Of a stretch of 64,000 nucleotides of DNA, positions 59,176 through 64,000 are shown in pieces (within the stretch, counting starts at the first letter, position 1; every line of letters starts with the position of its first letter). The stretch spans positions 34,940 to 98,939 of the forward strand of contig JACPBQ010000004.1 in assembly GCA_016180235.1 (NCBI GenBank), given 5' to 3'. A program made the position numbers and the translations under genes. The notes beneath the pieces are model-generated. The model did not search any database. It had not been told where the DNA came from and was given only the letters and a program-made list of their open reading frames with translations. The DNA is from Candidatus Woesearchaeota archaeon (lineage in GTDB: Archaea; Nanobdellota; Nanobdellia; Woesearchaeales; GW2011-AR4).

Positions 59176-59322
59176 GGGAAGAATAAGCTTTAAATGGTTA
59201 TAAAAATTAACAAAAGAAGATATAAAAGCAGCTTTATTATGCAGTGCTGAGGTTGTAAGTGGAGAACCGTTAACATTTGAAAATTATCCTCATTCGGTTA
59301 AAGTTTATAGGGAAAATTATGC

Positions 59323-59670
59323 TCAACCAACAGCTTCAAATCCCTCTTCCCCAACTACGAATATTTTGCCTTTAAATTCTTTAACGTCGGCTAAAAGCAA
59401 CGACAAAGCGCTCACAAGCTTTTCTGCTTTAGGTGGATGTATTTGGAAAACTACAATCCCAGAATATTCTTTAGGTGGAAACAAAGAGATTCTAAGAAAA
59501 TCCCTGTCTCTGCTCAATAATACAAGCTCTCTGTCTTTTGCCACTGCCGCCAATCTCCCATTGCTTATGCCTTTGGCTGCGTACTCTGCTGAAAATCCTT
59601 CAGATTCTAGAAACTCTCTAACTTCTATTGGCACATTCTCATCAAGCAGGAATTTTAGAGAATTTAACAT
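59323..59670 (-). CDS. DUF5615 (PIN-like, VapC45-type) putative toxin
   Basis: KFLLDENVP, LLSRDRDF, GIVVF; downstream of DUF433. Confidence 0.85.
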   Translation of the reverse strand: MLNSLKFLLDENVPIEVREFLESEGFSAEYAAKGISNGRLAAVAKDRELVLLSRDRDFLRISLFPPKEYSGIVVFQIHPPKAEKLVSALSLLLADVKEFKGKIFVVGEEGFEAVG

Positions 59671-59887
59671 AACGTTCCCCACTGATAACTTTGGCGGCAT
59701 GCTCCAAAGCTTCTCTTATCATTTCTTTGCTCAGACCGGGATAACTCTTCATCAATTTCTCCGAACTTTCCCCAGCAGCAACCAATTCAACAATGTCACT
59801 AACTAAAACTCTTGTACCCTTAAAAGTAGGCTTTCCATGGCAGATTTCAGTATCAGCAACGATGTGCCTGCTAATTTTGACTCTCAT
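59642..59887 (-). CDS. DUF433 putative antitoxin
   Basis: EICHGKPTFKGTRVLV...YPGLSKEMIREAL. Confidence 0.9.
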   Translation of the reverse strand: MRVKISRHIVADTEICHGKPTFKGTRVLVSDIVELVAAGESSEKLMKSYPGLSKEMIREALEHAAKVISGERYVKFSKIPA

Positions 59888-60027
59888 AATGGAAATAACG
59901 GCGATGGAATATTTAAAGGTTTTGAAAGCACAATAAATGCTCATTAAAAAGCTGGGGACAAAACTTAATAAGAATTTTATTGTGGCTTCTGAAGGTAAAA
60001 TTGGAATCAGGAAGGTATAAAAAACAT

Positions 60028-60120
60028 TGTTCTTCTGGGTTAATATTTCCTACAGCTTTAAGCGTTGGAACTTACAATAACACCTGGAATCTAACTGTGA
60101 TTGACTTGCCGTAAGGAAAG
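60028..60120 (+). repeat. Duplicated 3' end of the giant surface gene (direct repeat of 59090..59181)
   Basis: 60063..60116 matches 59124..59177 with one mismatch; decayed similarity extends upstream. Confidence 0.85.
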
Positions 60121-60188
60121 ATTGAAAACAGAAAGATTTAAATATAAATGATGATAAATGATTACTATTAGATGTAAAGTGATGATAA

Positions 60189-60698
60189 ATGATTATGTCC
60201 AATAGCTCGCCATTAATACTTTTGGCGAAAATAAACAAGTTAAGCGTGCTAGAAAAATTGTATAAAAAAATACACATACCCTATGAAGTTTACAATGAAA
60301 CTGTTATTAGGGGTAAAAAAGAAAACTACAGCGATGCAGCGCTTATCGAAGGGCACATAAACGAAATTATTTTTGTGATAAACCTAAATTCAGCATATAA
60401 AAAGGAGGCAGAAAAATTAAGCAATATCCTGGGATCAGGCGAGAGTGAAGCAATAGCCTTATGCCTGCAAGAAAAAGCAAAATTATTTTTAGTGGACAAC
60501 CTCGAACCCAGGAAAATTTCCCAGGTCAAAGGCATAAAATGCAGAAGTACTCCGGGGATACTGCTAGAAGCCCTCAAAAGAAAGGCTATATCATCCAATG
60601 AATACGAATCTGCAATCAAAGAGCTTTCAAAATACGCCTGGCTTTCAGGAGATGTTGTTGCATATTTTTTAGAGCAGGGGTATAAACTGAGATCATAA
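60189..60698 (+). CDS. DUF3368 PIN-domain protein (putative toxin)
   Basis: SNSSPLILLAKI, IPYEVYNE, LGSGESEAIAL, LVD. Confidence 0.85.
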   Translation: MIMSNSSPLILLAKINKLSVLEKLYKKIHIPYEVYNETVIRGKKENYSDAALIEGHINEIIFVINLNSAYKKEAEKLSNILGSGESEAIALCLQEKAKLFLVDNLEPRKISQVKGIKCRSTPGILLEALKRKAISSNEYESAIKELSKYAWLSGDVVAYFLEQGYKLRS

Positions 60699-60855
60699 AA
60701 ATCCGCAAAAGTGCTCTACTCAGCCCTAAAGGACTGAGTTTGACAAGCACTTTTATTTATAGCGGATTTTTAGGATGCATGGAAACAAAGTTTCCAGCAC
60801 AGAAAATGCAAAGCATTTTCTTGTGCCAAAAATGTTTGACAACATTTTTGTGCAT
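60696..60855. repeat. Series of hairpins between toxin-like and antitoxin-like genes
   Basis: TAAAAATCCGC/GCGGATTTTTA enclosing AAAAGTGCT/AGCACTTTT and ACTCAG/CTGAGT; three further short-loop hairpins follow. Confidence 0.6.
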
Positions 60856-60877
60856 AAAAACGCGAGGTGAAACCAGG

Positions 60878-61180
60878 ATGAAATTGGGCAGAGTAAGCTT
60901 AACAGTACCGAAAGAGCTGCTGGAAAAGTCTGAAAAAATAGCAAAAGAAAAATTAGAGGACAGATCAACAGTAATGAGAGAACTTCTGGCTTTAGGGCTA
61001 AAGCATTATATGATAGGCAAGGCTGTAGAAAAATATTCCGAAGGCAGGGTTTCGATGGAGAAAGCAGCGGAACTTGCAGACATATCAATCTGGAAATTTT
61101 TAGATATACTTAAAGAAAAAAAGATGCCGCTAAGATATGATTTAGAAGACATAAAAAGGGAGATTGAGGATGCTGCCTAA
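60878..61180 (+). CDS. RHH + UPF0175 family protein (putative antitoxin)
   Basis: GAGGTGA SD; RVSLTVPKEL...DRSTVMRELL; YSEGRVSMEKAAELADISIWKF. Confidence 0.85.
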   Translation: MKLGRVSLTVPKELLEKSEKIAKEKLEDRSTVMRELLALGLKHYMIGKAVEKYSEGRVSMEKAAELADISIWKFLDILKEKKMPLRYDLEDIKREIEDAA

Positions 61181-61407
61181 CTGATATTTAGCTGAGTATA
61201 CAAAAACCTATACTGCCTGCAATATATAAAAAACGAAATGTTTATATAGGGGTTGTCATAAGATAAGTGCAATAAAAATGCAGTTTAAGCATCAATGCTC
61301 ATTTGCGCGCTAAATGGTTGGCTTGCAGCTTTCCAGCAAATTCTTGGCTGTGAGTCCCGGGGGAATTTGGAGCGGAACATTGAGAAAAAAAGAGTGAAAG
61401 CCCCCAA

Positions 61408-62427
61408 ATGATTATAAAGATAAAAGAGAGAGATGCCTCAATAGCGTCGCTATCCACTATTTTTGTCTTAGCTATAATTATTTCTATGTCAATCCCGGTT
61501 ATTTATTCCCAGACTGTTAATACCACTACTGCAGGCTTTGGCGTCTGGGTGGTTATCAGCAACCAAAATCCGGTAAACCTGTCGTTAAGGAACATATCTT
61601 TTGACTTCTCTGTGGATCCTGTAGCAGGCACTACTGTGGATGTCCTAGTTTCATTTAATGTAAGCGATCCAGACGGCCTGTCAAATGTCAACGGGACTGA
61701 TGGAAATGCCAGAGCAGATGTTAACTTTACCCTGGGAGCTCCAAGCACATCCCAATTCAGGACACAGTCCAGCTGCACGAATACGACAAATCCGACTGCA
61801 GGAATGGTTGTATTCAACTGCATTGTTAAGATGAAATATTATGACAACGCGAGCTCCAACTGGGTCATTAATTTGACAGTAACAGATGCAAACGGCGCAA
61901 CTATAAATAACGCCAGCTTTGCAGGCTCGGTAAACACATTTACCTATAACTCCCTGTCCTCATTTTCAATTATCGCAAGAGATGTAAGTGAAGGGGCAAA
62001 CCTGAATTTCAGCAGCGCAAATATAGGAGTAAACGACCAAACTGCAAAAGCGCCTATTTTGCTTAACAATACAGGAAATGCGGACTTTGACAGGATAACT
62101 TTAACAGGCGCTACTTTGCTCCAGGTTGGAGGAGCCGGCACTATTGATATAGGGCAATTTGCTGTTAATACAACCAATAACACAGGAGGAAGAGGCCTGC
62201 CTTTAACAACTGCTGCACAAACAATAAGGGGTGTTGATGATAATACTGCAAACGCAACCCTGCTGCACGGCCCGGGAAAATCAGGAGATACAGTGCCGTA
62301 TAATGGCGTGGCTGACTTCAAGAGCAAAGGGAACCAGTCATTAATCTTCTTCGTGGATATTCCAGCCGGCACAGCAACTGGAAGTTACAACAACACCTGG
62401 AATATAACCGTGACTGACCTGCCGTAA
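61408..62427 (+). CDS. Secreted 339-aa protein paralogous to the C-terminal domain of the giant protein
   Basis: FSVDPVAG, SFNV.D, NFTLG.PS..QFR, YYDNASSNWV, NATLLHGPG.SGD..PY.GVADFK.KGN, G.YNNTWN.TV.DLP are shared with the giant protein. Confidence 0.88.
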   Translation: MIIKIKERDASIASLSTIFVLAIIISMSIPVIYSQTVNTTTAGFGVWVVISNQNPVNLSLRNISFDFSVDPVAGTTVDVLVSFNVSDPDGLSNVNGTDGNARADVNFTLGAPSTSQFRTQSSCTNTTNPTAGMVVFNCIVKMKYYDNASSNWVINLTVTDANGATINNASFAGSVNTFTYNSLSSFSIIARDVSEGANLNFSSANIGVNDQTAKAPILLNNTGNADFDRITLTGATLLQVGGAGTIDIGQFAVNTTNNTGGRGLPLTTAAQTIRGVDDNTANATLLHGPGKSGDTVPYNGVADFKSKGNQSLIFFVDIPAGTATGSYNNTWNITVTDLP

Positions 62428-62461
62428 GGTTTTTATATCTTAAATCTCTTACTTAGCTAAA

Positions 62462-63031
62462 ATGAGGGTGGTAATCTTAATTTTGTTAAGCCTGGCTCTG
62501 GTTTTAGATGCTAGAGCATTGTCTGTCGCCTCTGATTATCTTGAAGGAGACAGATTAATTTTAGCGGATGGCACTTCAAAAATTTACAGCATCAGGCTGC
62601 AAAATCCGGATTCCGGCGAGCTGGCAGTCAGGATAGATTACGATAAAGACCACATGAAGATCATTGGCTCTAAGGAAGAGTTTACCTTACCGCCAAGCTC
62701 CTCTACAAGGGTAGAATTCAATGTTACTGCCCCGAAATACGTAAAAAATAATAACTTGTTTCCTATCAGCTATACAGTCCATCAAGTATCCGGAGCAGGA
62801 GGGCAAGGAACATCATTCTTGGGGAGAATAAGCAAAAATTTTAATTTGGAGGTCATCAGGGATCCAAACAGGTTTTATTTCGATATTGAATATGCAGTAA
62901 TTGGGGCTGCTGCATTGGCATTCCTGCTTTATATTTTAAGGAAGAATATAAATGGCATAAAGGGCTATTGGAAAAGAAGGGGCAAAGGGTCAAGTAAGGC
63001 ATTCAGAAAAGGAAAAATAAATAAATGGTAA
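62462..63031 (+). CDS. Signal peptide + single Ig-like domain + C-terminal TM anchor
   Basis: YSIRLQNP...LPPSS..VEFNVTAP; C-terminal hydrophobic stretch and basic tail. Confidence 0.75.
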   Translation: MRVVILILLSLALVLDARALSVASDYLEGDRLILADGTSKIYSIRLQNPDSGELAVRIDYDKDHMKIIGSKEEFTLPPSSSTRVEFNVTAPKYVKNNNLFPISYTVHQVSGAGGQGTSFLGRISKNFNLEVIRDPNRFYFDIEYAVIGAAALAFLLYILRKNINGIKGYWKRRGKGSSKAFRKGKINKW

Positions 63032-63049
63032 TGCCGGGCATAAGTTCTT

Positions 63050-64000
63050 ATGAGAAAAAGAGCATTATTTTTATTAATAACCCTTGCAATGATAATTTCC
63101 CAAGCTGCCCATGGCCAAAGCGGCAGCGCTTCCGTAGGCCTGACAATAGGCGCTTTTGATTCTGACAGGGATGGGATACCAGATTCTGAGGATGAAGATG
63201 ATGATAATGACGGAATCGAAGATGCAGATGACAGCTTGACAGGAAATTCAAACTCCGTGCAATCAAGCACTGCGACTGTTAATGTTAGCGTAAACGGCAC
63301 TGCAAACCTAACAAGAGGATTTAGCCAGGCTTTAGACGTGCTTATTAAAGATGTAAATGTCACTCTAGTCAATTTCTCCTTTAGTTTCAGCGAAAAGACC
63401 CTGAACCTGGCAAATGTTACCATGGAAAGAACTACAGTTGACAACAAAGGCTCTGTACTGGTAAGAGGCATAACATTAACTGCAGGAAACACAAAAACAA
63501 TGTATGTTGATAATGCCAATACAAGCATAGACAGGCTCTGCATAAAGGATGCGCAAATAGATCTAATATCTGAAATAAGCAGCGACTGCAGCGGAGCAAA
63601 CGAGACTGCAATCACATGCCCGGGAAGTTCTGGAAGCTACACGTGCAGCAAAGTTGATGATAATACAAGATTCAAGATAACGGGGCTAAGTCATACCGGC
63701 ATCATACAGCAGGCAGCTGCATCAGCAGAAGATTTGGGATCTCCGGGCGGCGGGGATTCGACTGGAGGCGGCGGTGGAGGGGGAGGCGGAGGTGGTACAG
63801 CTCAAACGAAATCAGACTTTGACATTGATAAAGATACAATCAAGATTGTCTTAAGGCAGGGAGAGACAAAAGAGGAGAAATTCAGCATCAAGAATACTGG
63901 AGACACCACACTTGATATAACAACCTATTTAGATGCATTGAAAGGCTTAATTGTGTCGCCAAGCTCTGAGGATACAAAGTCAACATTAAACCCCGGTGAG
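63050..64000 (+). CDS. Secreted protein with TSP3-like Ca-binding motif and Gly-rich linker (runs off window)
   Basis: Manual translation MRKRALFLLITLAMII...DSDRDGIPDSEDEDDDNDGIEDADD...GGGGGGGGGG...FSIKNTGD; open to the window end. Confidence 0.8.
   Translation, partial: MRKRALFLLITLAMIISQAAHGQSGSASVGLTIGAFDSDRDGIPDSEDEDDDNDGIEDADDSLTGNSNSVQSSTATVNVSVNGTANLTRGFSQALDVLIKDVNVTLVNFSFSFSEKTLNLANVTMERTTVDNKGSVLVRGITLTAGNTKTMYVDNANTSIDRLCIKDAQIDLISEISSDCSGANETAITCPGSSGSYTCSKVDDNTRFKITGLSHTGIIQQAAASAEDLGSPGGGDSTGGGGGGGGGGGTAQTKSDFDIDKDTIKIVLRQGETKEEKFSIKNTGDTTLDITTYLDALKGLIVSPSSEDTKSTLNPGE

Noticed and set aside
59090-60120. DGR template/variable repeat pair
   Set aside because: Differences include indels and non-adenine positions, and no reverse transcriptase is in the window.

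Overview
Archaeal chromosomal segment, most likely from a DPANN archaeon of the Woesearchaeota type. This is inferred from the archaeal information-processing genes, BHB tRNA introns, archaeal SRP and RNase P RNAs, and a bacterial-type MEP pathway and LeuRS. Core genes: CDC48, ATP-dependent DNA ligase, FtsZ, Dph5, LeuRS, the rps13-rps4-rps11-rpoD-tRNA(Leu)-rpl18e-rpl13-rps9-rpoN-rps15 operon, NAC, Sec61beta/SecG and the PIN-rpoE1-spt4-rps24e-rps27ae operon. All three tRNAs carry introns, one of them at the non-canonical T-arm position 53/54. Accessory content: (i) an MEP isoprenoid cluster (ispG, dxr, ispDF, ispE, ispH, polyprenyl synthase; no dxs in this window); (ii) a low-GC LAGLIDADG-like island inside the ribosomal operon; (iii) three toxin-antitoxin pairs; (iv) a divergent two-gene winged-helix module present twice; (v) an ~18 kb surface locus (46-64 kb). 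That locus holds a 2565-aa glycoprotein, a 339-aa stand-alone paralog of its C-terminal domain, membrane-anchored partners sharing a TM-ITG(F/Y)AV motif, and two HTH regulator families whose candidate operators are visible as repeats. It is my best candidate for an undescribed system. All calls come from reading motifs by eye; no database searches were run.
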